Below are positions 15,060-26,205 of a DNA stretch of 64,000 nucleotides, one piece after another (the stretch's first letter is position 1; every line of letters starts with the position of its first letter). The DNA comes from the human T2T-CHM13v2.0 reference genome, Homo sapiens. Both the position numbers and the translations under genes were made by a program. The notes under the pieces were generated by a model. That model had not been told where the DNA came from. It did no database searches and was given only the letters and a program-made list of their open reading frames with translations. The stretch is taken from assembly GCF_009914755.1 (NCBI RefSeq), contig NC_060928.1; one strand, 5' to 3'.

Positions 15060-15900
15060 TAAAACATGGACTCTATAATGGAATTCTCTAGAGAAGCTAG
15101 GGTATCAAAAATTACCTCTTTTAATGTAGATAAATGAATAAAATGATTTAGGGATACAGGAATGTTGGATGGGATTTATAATATGATCCTCTTATTCACT
15201 GTTAAACATATCCCCAAAGATGACCTGGCTCATGCTACTGAGAAAGTTTATGAGGGAAGCACTAGCATCCTTGAAAAGCATTGCACTTTCTATCTCCTAA
15301 CAGATGGAATCATGTAAGAGAGACTCCATCGATATTCCCTCCTTGATTTTAATGGAAATAATGCATTATCAGACTTGAAGAAGCCAAATAGAAACCTATA
15401 ATCTCCAGAGATAAATTAGACCTCAGGTTAAATAACATTTATGTCTGTGATTCAATAATACTGAAGTCCCTGTAACTAAATTATTCATGTAGCTCACTAA
15501 GGGACCACTTTATAAAGTAACTAGAGGTTTTTCAAGCAGAGATATATAGTTTGAATGCTATGAAGATCAACAGCCCCTCTTTCAATTTGCAACTATGAAT
15601 AAGTTTACAGATCCAGCACTTCTTAAATGGGAGGGAATTTATGTTATTTCCAGAAAAAATTTCCAATCATACCACAAAAAATGCACTTCTTGTAAGTCTT
15701 ATTCCTAACCGTTCCCTAAAGGACGAAGAGAATGTACCAGGGTAACAGGACTCTAAGGAGAAGGAAGTGAATCAGTCTTAGAACTTTTCATACACTGCTC
15801 TGATATAATAATTTTTCCTCAGAATACATGGTGCCATTGAGGTCTATTGGTTAGTTTAGAGATCCTGGGGATCAGGCAATAAGTGCAATTTATCCAAAGA
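15060..15900 (+). mobile_element. ERVL-class internal relic (gag end to protease)
   Basis: Similar to ERVL gag TTAGGGATACAGGAATGTTGGATGGGATTT…GAGGGAAGCACTAGCATCCTTGAAAAGC and protease-region TACCAGGGTAAC…ACACTGCTCTGA. Confidence 0.7.
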
Positions 15901-15914
15901 ATGCCTTTTCCCCC

Positions 15915-18420
15915 AATTTTATTGAGGTATGCTTGATGAGTACAAATCACTTATATTTAAGATGCACAACTTGCTGTTTTGATCTGTGCATATATTATGA
16001 AATGATTACTGCAACCGAACTAACATATCTATCACCATATCTAGTTATTTTTGCGTGATTGTGTGGTCAGGATGCTTGAGTTCTACCTCTGTGCAAACTT
16101 TAAGTATAGAGTTATTACTAACTACAGTCATCATGCTGCACATTAGTTCTCTAGAACTAATTCACCTTATAACTGAAAGTCTGTACACCTTGACCAACAT
16201 TTCCACATTTCCTCTACCTCCCAACCCATGCTAACCATGGGTTTCTACCAGTTCAACATTTTTAGATTCCATATACAAGTATACAAGTGAAATTAGATAG
16301 TATTTGTCTTTCTGTGTCTGGCTTATTTTACTTAGCATAATGTCCTTTAGGTTCATACATGTTGTTGCAAAAGGCAACTTCCTTTTTAAGCTGAATCATA
16401 TCCTATTGTATATTATACCACATTTTCTGTATGCATTCATCCACTGATGGGCACTTACATTGTTTCCATATCTTGGGTATCGTGAGCAATGCTGCAGTGA
16501 ACATGGGAGTGCAGATACCTTTTCAAGATAGTAAGTTTATTTTCATTACATATATAGCCAGAAGTAGGATTGCTGGATCATATGGTAGTTCTACTTATTT
16601 TTTTTAAAGAAGCTTCATGCTGTTTTTCATAATGGCTGTACTAACATATATTCCCATTGACAGTGTGCAAAGGGTCTCTTTTCTCTACATCCTTGCCAAC
16701 ACTTGTTATTTTTTTGACTTTTTGGAAATAGCCATCCTAACAGGTATAAGGTGATGGCTCATTGTGGTTTTGATTTGCATTTTGCTGACAATTAATGGTG
16801 TTGAGCACCTTTTAATATACCTGTTGGCCATCTGTATGTTCTCCTTACAAGTGTCTGTTCAGGTCCTTTGCCATTTTTTATCCATTGGATTTATTTTTCT
16901 TTGTTAAGGTGCATGAGTTCCTTATATATTTTGAATATTATTCTCTTATTAGATATTTGGTTTGAAAACTTTTTTGCTTAGTCCATAGGTTGCTTTTTAA
17001 TGTTGTTGATTGTTTTCACTGCTGTGCAGAAATGTCTTTGTTGTTCCACTTTATTTTTGCTTTTGCTTCCTATGCTTTTGGTGTCATATCCAAAACTGAG
17101 ATCTCCAAGTCTAATGTTACGGAGCTTTTCCTCCATATTTTCTTTTAGCAGTTTTACAGTTTTAGGTCTTACGTTTAAGTCTGTAATCAATTATGTGTTA
17201 ATGTTGTTTACAGTATAAGATAAGGGTTCAATTTCATTCTTTGGTACTTGAAAGTTGGTTTTCCTAACTCCATTTATTGAAGAGACTACCTTCTTTCATT
17301 GTGTATTCTTGGCACCATATTAGTTGAACTTACATGTGTGGGTTTATTTACGGATTCTCTGGTTGCACTGTTCTATGCTCCTGTATTTATGCCAGTACCA
17401 TAATGTCTTAATTACTAGATCTTTATAATATAATTGGAAACCAGGAAGTGTGATACCTCCAGTTTTCTTCTTCTTGCTCAACATTGTTTTAGCTATCTGG
17501 AATCTTTTGTGGTGTCATATAAATTATAGGATTTTTTTATATTGTCAAAAATGTCATTGGAATTGTGATGGGTGTTGAATTGAATCTGCAAATTGCTTTG
17601 GGTAGTATGGACATTTTACAATATTAATTTTTTCCAAACCATTAAAATGGGATGGCTCTTTATTTGTTTGTGTCATCTTCAATTTCTTTCATCAGTATTT
17701 TATAGCTTTCACTATCAGATCTTTCATCTCCTAGGTTGAATTTATTCAGAAATATTTTATTTTTTTAATCTTACTGTAAATCAAATTTTTTAAAGTTGCT
17801 TTTCAGATAGTTAATTGTCAGTGTGGAGAAATGTAACTGATTCTGTGTGTTGATATTATATTCTTCAAATTTACTGAATTTGTTTATGAGTTCTAACAGT
17901 TTTTTGAGGGGTAAAGTCTAGGATTTTTTATATAATATTGTTATCTGCCAACAGAGACAGTTCTATTTCTAACTTTTTAGTTTGGATGCCTTTAATTTAT
18001 TTCTCTTGTTTAAGCACTCTGGTTATGACTTCCAGGTTATGGTGAATAGAGTGGGTATCCTTGACTTTTTCCTGACCGTATAGGAGTGACGTTGATATTT
18101 TTACCATTGAGTTTGATGTTAGCTGTGAGCTTGTCTTATATAGACAGCCTTTATTATGTTGAGGTAATTTCCTTTTAATACAAGTGTGTTGAGAATTTTT
18201 ATCATGAAAGGGTTTTGAATTTTGTCAACTGATTTTTCTGCATCTATTGGTATGATCATGTTGATATTTGTCTTTATTCTGTTAATGTGACATATCACAT
18301 TTATTGATTTCCATAAGTTGAAACATACTTTCATCCCAGGGATACATTTCACCCTATAATGATGTATAATCTTTTTAATGAACTATTGAATTCAGTTTGC
18401 TAGTATTTTGTACAGAATTT
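15915..18420 (-). mobile_element. 5'-truncated L1MA (MA8-10-like): 3'UTR plus 3' half of ORF2
   Basis: Antisense 3' end TTTTATTGAGGTAT…CATTAGTTCTCTAGAACTAATTCACCTTATAACTGAAAG; ORFs give DLNVRPKTVKLLKEN and [17 protein letters not shown]…IDAEK. Confidence 0.92.
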
Positions 18421-18599
18421 TATCCAACCACATATGAGATTAACAATATTGTTATTTTTTGGTCCAACTGAGGCATTTAATTCTGAGTTAAGCCACTGTG
18501 TATCAAAGTTTTTTAAACCAAAAAATGAATAGACTCTGAAGTACTTGCCAGGATGTTTAAAGCTAGTACACACAGATAATTATCATGCTAATAAAATTG

Positions 18600-18800
18600 A
18601 GACAGTGTTAGAGTCAGATGATTCAGGCTTCAATATCAGAGTTAGCACGTACTAACATTGTAAGCTTTATTAAATCTCTATGAGCCCCAATTCCTAATTG
18701 CATAGTCAGAAAAATATCACAGTTGAAATATTTATAAGCAGCAAATAGGATAATGTATATAAAAAATCAACAGAGTGGCCAGCTTATCATAACCATCTAG
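18600..18800 (+). mobile_element. MIR fragment
   Basis: AGAGTCAGATGATTCAGGCTTCAAT…TTAAATCTCTATGAGCCCCAATTCCTAATT…AAATAGGATAATGTATATAAA. Confidence 0.55.
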
Positions 18801-19957
18801 TGATCATTTCTTGTCTTATATGTCCCAACTCCAGGCACTGAATTGGAAGATAACACTTGTAATTCAACTAAATTGCATGGTAAATACTTTCAATGTGCTA
18901 GATTACACAATATGATGGCACACCTTCCGTATCATGTTTAAACATGGATCTTAGGATAATATATCAGACTTTTTGAAACACTTTTTAAACCGAGGATTAT
19001 TTTGCTAATAAGGTTGAGTCACAGATTCTTCTTATCCTAATGCTTTTGCCAGTATTTGTATTGAAAATTATAAATAGTTTGATAACTTGATAACTGTGGT
19101 GATGCAAAATTATTCCACCCTAATGCTAATGCAGAGGTAATGTTAAAAAAGTAATCACCTTACATACCTCTTGCCCATAATACCACTACTGTGTACCCAT
19201 AAAGAAGGAATTAGTTATATTTATATATGTGTATATATACACATATATATGTTTTTGTCAGAAACTCTGTTCTTTATCAAAATAGTCATTTTATATCATG
19301 TGCCAACTGTAAAGCTTCATGTAATTTTTTAGAAAAAATGGTAAAACTGGCTAGGTCTTCCCAAAAGTTGAATCTTTTCTATGTGAAATGACTGGATGGT
19401 TATTTGGGAAAAAAACCTCAGGGCCAAATGCCATCTATTACATTCAAGTGACATGATGTTTGCAAAAATTTCCAGCTTTGGAGATATACAATTTTGATTT
19501 AATCAATAGTCACCTGCAGAGTAAAATGTAAGAATACTGTAAACAAAATAGAAGAATACTGTACTTAGTTAAAGATCTGCACAATAAATAGATAAGATAG
19601 AAGCATTTATATGAATGTGGAAATATTTTCCCCATAACTTAAGCCAATACCATAATATGCAATGGACTTCACCCTGCAGATGTACTTCTGCACTGTGAAG
19701 ATATATTTTATGTGAAGTAGTATTTGTAATGATAATTGCAATTACCCAACATTCTCTACATTACATAAATGATCGTATAGTTAATTATCAAATAGAGCTC
19801 TTTTTTTCCTGTGAGGCATTTTCAAAAATGCTCTTTTGAATAGTGTAGAGTTTCCAAAGAGTGGATAATAAATCATAAAATGATGATATAACAAATTAAA
19901 GTCTTAGAAGAATGCAGAAATAAACCAGAGATGTTATTACATTGTTTCAAATACCAT

Positions 19958-20060
19958 TTCATCATTTGTTCATTCACAAAACATATATTTTGGCATTTAT
20001 TTGCAGGGTAGATAGTCTATAATGTCAGAGATGTAAAAATACATGAACACTTTTTATTTT
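19958..20060 (-). mobile_element. L2 3' end fragment
   Basis: CATTTGTTCATTCACAAAACATATATTTTGGCATTTATT resembles antisense L2 tail. Confidence 0.45.
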
Positions 20061-21209
20061 AAAATAGGAGGAAAAATCTCCACTAAATAAAACATATTTT
20101 CATAGTAGAATAATACACTAGGCTACACTTTAAGCAGTTTCAAATAAAGGAAATAAAATGTCGTAGCACAGGAACTGAGCATATTGAAACTAGTCTAAAA
20201 TTTAAGATACTACTTTACATTAGTTCCTATGAGTGTGGCACAATACTCTGGTTATTTTCTCCACTTGTGTGATTCTTGAAGTTGTAAGCAGTTTTTCAAT
20301 ATTGCTAATTACTAATGTTATTATTTCAGTAATTGTATTTTATTTATTAGGTTCTGTTACTAGTTAACATGAAAATGTTTTCCTTTTTATTGGCATTTTG
20401 GCAGCTTACTTTAGTAGGACTACTCATCATGACAAAAGCATAAATGTCAGCTCTGCAGCTCTCTGCTACAGTTTGCTTCAACAAGAATGTCAGAAGTGAC
20501 AAGGCAGAAAGTGATTCTGAGTGATGACATTCTTGTTGGTAATAGATTGGCTCCCGTGTATGCTGCTTCAGCTTTGATCTCTGAAACCTTTCATTTCTTA
20601 AAAAAAAATTTGAGATGTCTACTAGCCTGTGGAAATTTCAATTTTCTACCAAACATTGTCAGAATTATCTTTAAATGATTTAAATGTCAAGCTCACTCTA
20701 TTTGTTGGATCGTTTTGCAATAAAAGACCAGAGATTAACTACCATCTATACAATTGAGAACCACTGTCATCATTTATTTCTAAATATATTTTGGGGTGTG
20801 TAAATAGTAAGTATTCATGAGTAGTATGGTATTTTGAACTAAAATGTCACGAAGAAAGGAGATAAACATTTCCTGAATATGCCACAGATTTTTTTATACA
20901 TCGTAGTCTTAGATTTCTTGTTCATGTGAGAACACTCAGCACTACCTATTTGCAAAGAAACCTGTATTCATTGGTTTTCGTCATGAACTTTAAAAGAAAG
21001 TAAAGACTGCCACTTACGGCATAAAGATATCTCTTTGTCTGTTCTCTCAACATATTCTTTATTTAATTTAATCAAATAAATAATTTTAAAAAAACAACAA
21101 TATTAACTAACTCTTTCAAATTCTAATATTAAAGCCAATCTCTGTAATCTATAATGCTGAAAATATTTTCATGTATCCTGAAAATAAAAAATTACTTAAG
21201 AATAAAAAA

Positions 21210-21498
21210 GGTTGGGCACGGTGGTTCACGCCTGTAATCCCAGCACTTTGGGAGGCTGAGGCGGGCGGATCACGAGGTCAGGAGATCAAGACCATCCTAG
21301 CTAACATGGTGAAACCCTGTCTCTACTAAAAATGCAAAAAAATTAGCCAGGCGTGGTGGCGGGCGCCTGTAGTCCCAGCTACTCCGGAGGCTGAGGCAGG
21401 AGAATGGCGTGAAACCGGGAGGCAGAGCAGTGAGCCAAGATCGTGCCACTGCACTCCAGCCTGGGCAACGGAGCGAGATTCCGTCTCAAAAAAAAAAA
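21210..21498 (+). mobile_element. AluY with chimeric 5' end (left inversion breakpoint)
   Basis: AluY diagnostics GATCACGAGGTCAGGAGATCAAGACCATCCTAGCTAAC and GAGAATGGCGTGAA; flanks do not form a TSD (5' AAGAATAAAAAA vs 3' ATTCTTCAA). Confidence 0.95.
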
Positions 21499-21507
21499 AT
21501 TCTTCAA

Positions 21508-21806
21508 GACCGGGAGCGGTGGCTTACGCCTGCAATCCCAGCACTTTGGGAGGCTGAGGCAAGTGGATCAAGAGGTCAGTAGTGCAAGACCAGCCTGACC
21601 AACATGGTGAAACCCCGTCTCTACCAAAAATACAAAAATTAGCCAGGCGTAGTGGCACGCACCTGTTATCCCAGCTACTCAGGAGGCTGAGGCAGAAGAA
21701 TCACTTGAAACTGGGAGGCGGAAGTTGCAGTGAGCCGAGGTCGCACCACTGCACTCCAGCATGGGTGACAGAGCGAGACTCTGTCTCAAAAAAAAAAAGA
21801 AAAAAA
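21508..21806 (+). mobile_element. AluS (Sg-like) in tandem with the AluY, inserted at the 3' end of L1 ORF1
   Basis: GATCAAGAGGTCAG-type 2-nt deletion with GACCAGCCTGACCAACATGG; flanked by CTTCAA on both sides. Confidence 0.92.
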
Positions 21807-24800
21807 GACTTCAAGAATGAAGGAGAAATGAAGAACATGCCAGACAAACAAAAGCTGAGGAATTTCATCAACACCAGACCTGTCCTACATGAAATGCTAA
21901 AGGGAGTTCTTCAATCTGAAAAAAGAGAATGTTACCGAGCAAAAAAAATCATCTAGATGTACAGAACTCACGGGTAATCGTAAGCATACTGGAAAAATAC
22001 AGAATATAATAACATTGTAATTGCGGTTTATAAAATGTTCTTAAGTAGAAAGACTAGGTGATGAATCAATCAAATGCAATAACTAAAACAACTTTCTAGG
22101 ACATAGTAGAATAAGACATAAAGAGAAAGAACAGAAAGTTAAAAATCAGCAGGATGAAGTTAAAGTGTAGATTTTTTATTAGTTTTCTTTTTGCATGTTT
22201 GTTTATGCAATGTGTTAAGTTATCCTCAGTTTAAACTAATGGGTTATAAGATAGATGGTATTTGCAAGCCTCATGGTAATATCAAATTGAAAAACATACA
22301 ATAGAAACAGAAAAAATAAAAAGGAAGAAATTACATTGTACTACCAGAGAAAATCACCTTCACTAAAAAGAAGACAGGAAGGAAAAAATGAAGAAAAGAC
22401 CACAACACAACCAAGAAACAAATAACAAAACAGCAGTAGTAAGTCCCTACTTATCAGTAAGAGCATTGGATGTACATGGACTAAACTCACTAATAAAAAC
22501 ACATAGAGTGTCTGAATGGATGAAAAAAAACTAGTTTTAATTATCTGCTGCCTACAAGAAACACACTTCACTTATTAAGATACACATGGACTGAAAATAG
22601 AATAATGAAAAAAGATAGTTTGCAGGGACATGGATGGAGCTGGAAGCCATTATTCTCAGCAAACTAACACAGGAAGAGAAAACCATGTTCCCACTTATAA
22701 GTGGGAGTTGAACAGTAAGAACACATGGACACAGAAAGGGTAACAACACACACTGGGGCCTGTTGGGGGCAGAAGGGGGAGGGAGAGCGTCAGGATAAAT
22801 AGCTAAAGCATGTGGGGCTTAGTATCTAGGCGATGGGCTGATAGGTGCAGGTAACCACCATGGCACATGTTTACCTGTATAACAAACCTGCATGTCCTGC
22901 ACATGTATCCCAGAACTTAAAATAAAATTAAAAATTAAAAAAAGTAATATTATCTTGAAATATATAACATTAAAAAATATAAATCATGAAGATAAAAGTG
23001 GCAAGGAAAGAGAAAGTAACGAAAAAAAAAAGATATTTTATGCCAATGGAAACCAAAAAGAACAGGCATAGATTTCATGCCGGACTAAATTGGTTTCAAG
23101 ACAAAAATTGTAAGAAGAGACAAAGACAATCATTTATTCATTTATAATGGTAAAGGGGTCAATTCAGCAAGAGTATATAATGATTTTAAATATGTATGTG
23201 CTCAACACTGGAGAACCAGATATACAAAGTAAACATTAGAGGTAAAGAAATAGACCTCAATGCAATAATAGCTACAGACTTCAACACCCCACTTTCAGCA
23301 TTGAAAAAATTTCCCACACAGAAAATCCAGAAAGAAACATGAGACTTAATATGCAATATAGATCAAATGGAAATAATAGATATTTTCAGAATATTTTATT
23401 CAATGGCTACAGAATACACATTCTTCTCCTCAGCACATGGATCATGTTCAAGGATATATTAGGTAACAAAACAAGTCTTAAAAGATTCAAAAATTGAAGT
23501 AATATGAAGCATGTTCTCTGACCACAAAGAAATAAAACTAGAAATTAATAACAAGAGGAATTTGGAAAACTACAAACACATGGAAATCCAACAATATGCT
23601 CCAGAATGACCAGTGGATCAATGAATAAATCAAGAAGGAAATTGAAAAATATCTTGAAACAAATGATAATGGATAAACAACATACCAAAACCTATAGGAC
23701 ACAGCAAAAGCAATACTAAGAAGGAAACCTATAGCTGAAAGTGCCTATGTCAGAAACGAAGAATTTTAAATAAATACTCTAACAATGCATCTTAAAGAAT
23801 TAGAAAAGCAAGAGCAATCCAAACTCAAAATTAGTAGAAGAAAATAAAAAATAAATATCAGAGCAGGATTAAATGAATTTGAAATGAAGAAAAAAATACA
23901 AAAGATCTATTAAACAAAAAGTTGTCTTTTTTTTGAAAAGATAAATAAAATTTCCAAACCTTTTGCCAGACTAATGAAGAAAAAAAAGACAGACGAACCC
24001 AAAATAAACAAAATCAGGGATGAAAAGCAGACATTACAACTGACATTCAGTTGTAATGTTTTTGAACAGAAATTCAAAGGATCAGTTATGTCTACTATGA
24101 GCAACTATATGCCAATAACTTGGAAAATCTAGAAGAAATGGATAAATTCATAGACACATACAATCCACCAAGATCAAATTATGAAAAAAAACAAAACCAG
24201 AAGTAATGAGATTGAAGCTGTAACAAAAATTCTCCCAGTAAAGAAAAGCCCAGAACCCAAAGATTTCACTGCTGAATTATACTAAACATTCAAACAACTA
24301 ATAACAACCCTGCTCAAACTGTTCCAAAAAAAAATAGAGGAAGAGGGAATCCTTTCAAACTCATTCTACAAGGCCAGTATTACCCTGATACAAAAACCAG
24401 GCAAAGACACATCAAAAAAAGAAAACTACAAGCCAATATCTCTGATGACTATTGATGTAAAAATCCTCAGCAGAATACTAGAAACTGAATTTGGCAATAC
24501 ATTAAAAAGATCATTCATTATGACTAAGTGAGATTTATCACAGGGCTGTAAGGGTGGTTCAATATATGTAAATCAATCAATGTGATACACCATATCAATA
24601 GAATGGAGGACAAAAATCATGATCATTTTGATTGATGCTGAAAAAGCATTAGATAAAATTCAACATCCCTTCATGATAAAAACCCTCAAAACACTGGGTA
24701 TAGAGGGAACATACCTCAACATAATATAAGCCATGTATGACAGACCCACAGCTATTATCATACTGAATAGGGAAAAACTGAAAACCTTGCCACTAAGATC

Positions 24801-26205
24801 TGGAACATGACAAGGATGTCCACTGTCACCACTGTTATTTACATAATGCTGGAAGTCCGAGCTAGAGCAATCAGACAAGAGGAAGAAATAAAGGGCATCC
24901 AAATTGGAAAGGAGGAAGTCAAATTATTCTTATTTGCAGATGATATGATCTTATATTTGGAAAAGCCTAAGACTCCAAAAAACTATTAGAACTGATAAAC
25001 AATTTCAGTAAAGTTACAGAATATGAAATCAACTTACAAAAATCAGTAGCATTTCTATATGCCATCAGTGAACAATCTGAAAAAGAAATAAAAATATAAT
25101 TGCATTTACAATAACCACACATAAAATTAAATATCTAGATATTGACTTAACCAAGAATTGAAAGATCTTTACAGAGAAAACCATGAAATGCTGTTGAAAA
25201 AAATTGAAGAGGACACAGAAATTGGAAAGATAATCCATGTTCATGGGTTGAAAGGATCAGTATGGTTAAGATGTCCTTACAACCTAAAGCAATCTACAGC
25301 TTCAATGAAATTCCTATCAAACTTCCAATGACATTCCTCACAGGAATTAAAAAAAAAAAAACTATCCTAAAATTCATACGGAACTACACAAGACCCAGAA
25401 TAGCCAAAGTTATTTTGAACAAAATTAACAAAACTGGAGAAATCACATCACTTGACTTCAAAACTGCAGAGCTAGAATAACCAAAAAAAAAGCATGGCAC
25501 TGGCATAAAAACGGACACAGACCCAAAAGAAAGGAAATAAGTATAGTGAAGAGTTATCTGTACTCCTATGTTTGTTGCAGCACTGCTCATAATAGCCAAG
25601 CTTTGGAAGTAACCTCAGTGTCCATCAACATATAAATGCATTAAAAAATGTGGTACCTATACACAATGGAGTACTATTCAGACATAAGAAAAAAATAAAA
25701 TCCTGTCATGTGCAACAACATGGGTAGAACTAGAGGTCATTATATTAAGTGAAATAAGCCAAGTATAGAAAGACAAATATAGTATGTTCTCACTTACTTG
25801 TGGGATCTAAAAATCAAAACAATTGATTTCACATAGGTAGAGAGTACAAACAGTTATCAGAGACTGGGAAGAGTATTGAGAGTCAGAGGTGGTGGGGGGA
25901 GGTGGAGATAGTTAATGGGTATAAAAATAAATAAAATTTGATAGCACAACAGGGCGACCATAGTCAATAATAATTAATAATTTAATTGTACATTTAACAA
26001 TAACCAATAGAGTATAATTTGCTTGTTTGTAACACAGAGAAAAAATGCTTGAGGGAATAGACATCCCATTTTCCATGTTGTGATTATTACACATTGCATA
26101 CTTATATCAAAATATCTCATGTTCTTGATAAATATATACACCTAGCATATTATTTAATCAACTGAGTCATTACATTACATCCACAAAAATTAAACATTAA
26201 AAAAA
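21807..26205 (+). mobile_element. 3' part of an L1MA2-type element (end of ORF1, inter-ORF, decayed ORF2, 3'UTR)
   Basis: ORF1 end [37 protein letters not shown]; RT motif [14 protein letters not shown] (about 24930); 3'UTR GATAGCACAACAGGGCGACCATAGTCAATAATAA; internal deletion near 25520. Confidence 0.93.
22618..22943 (+). mobile_element. 5'-truncated L1PA (about PA11-13) 3' end nested in L1MA2 ORF2
   Basis: TTTGCAGGGACATGGATGGAGCTGGAAGCCATTATTCTCAGCAAACTAACACAGG…CACATGTATCCCAGAACTTAAAATAAAA; TSD AAAAAAGATA at 22608-22617 and 23026-23035. Confidence 0.9.

Noticed and set aside
20493-20538. C/D-box snoRNA
   Set aside because: CTGA precedes GTGATGA on the plus strand, and the minus strand has a D-like box but no C box, so the geometry is wrong.
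21807-26205. Reverse transcriptase motif LFADDMI as part of an active or novel RT system
   Set aside because: It is ordinary L1 ORF2, broken by stops, frameshifts, a nested insertion and a deletion.
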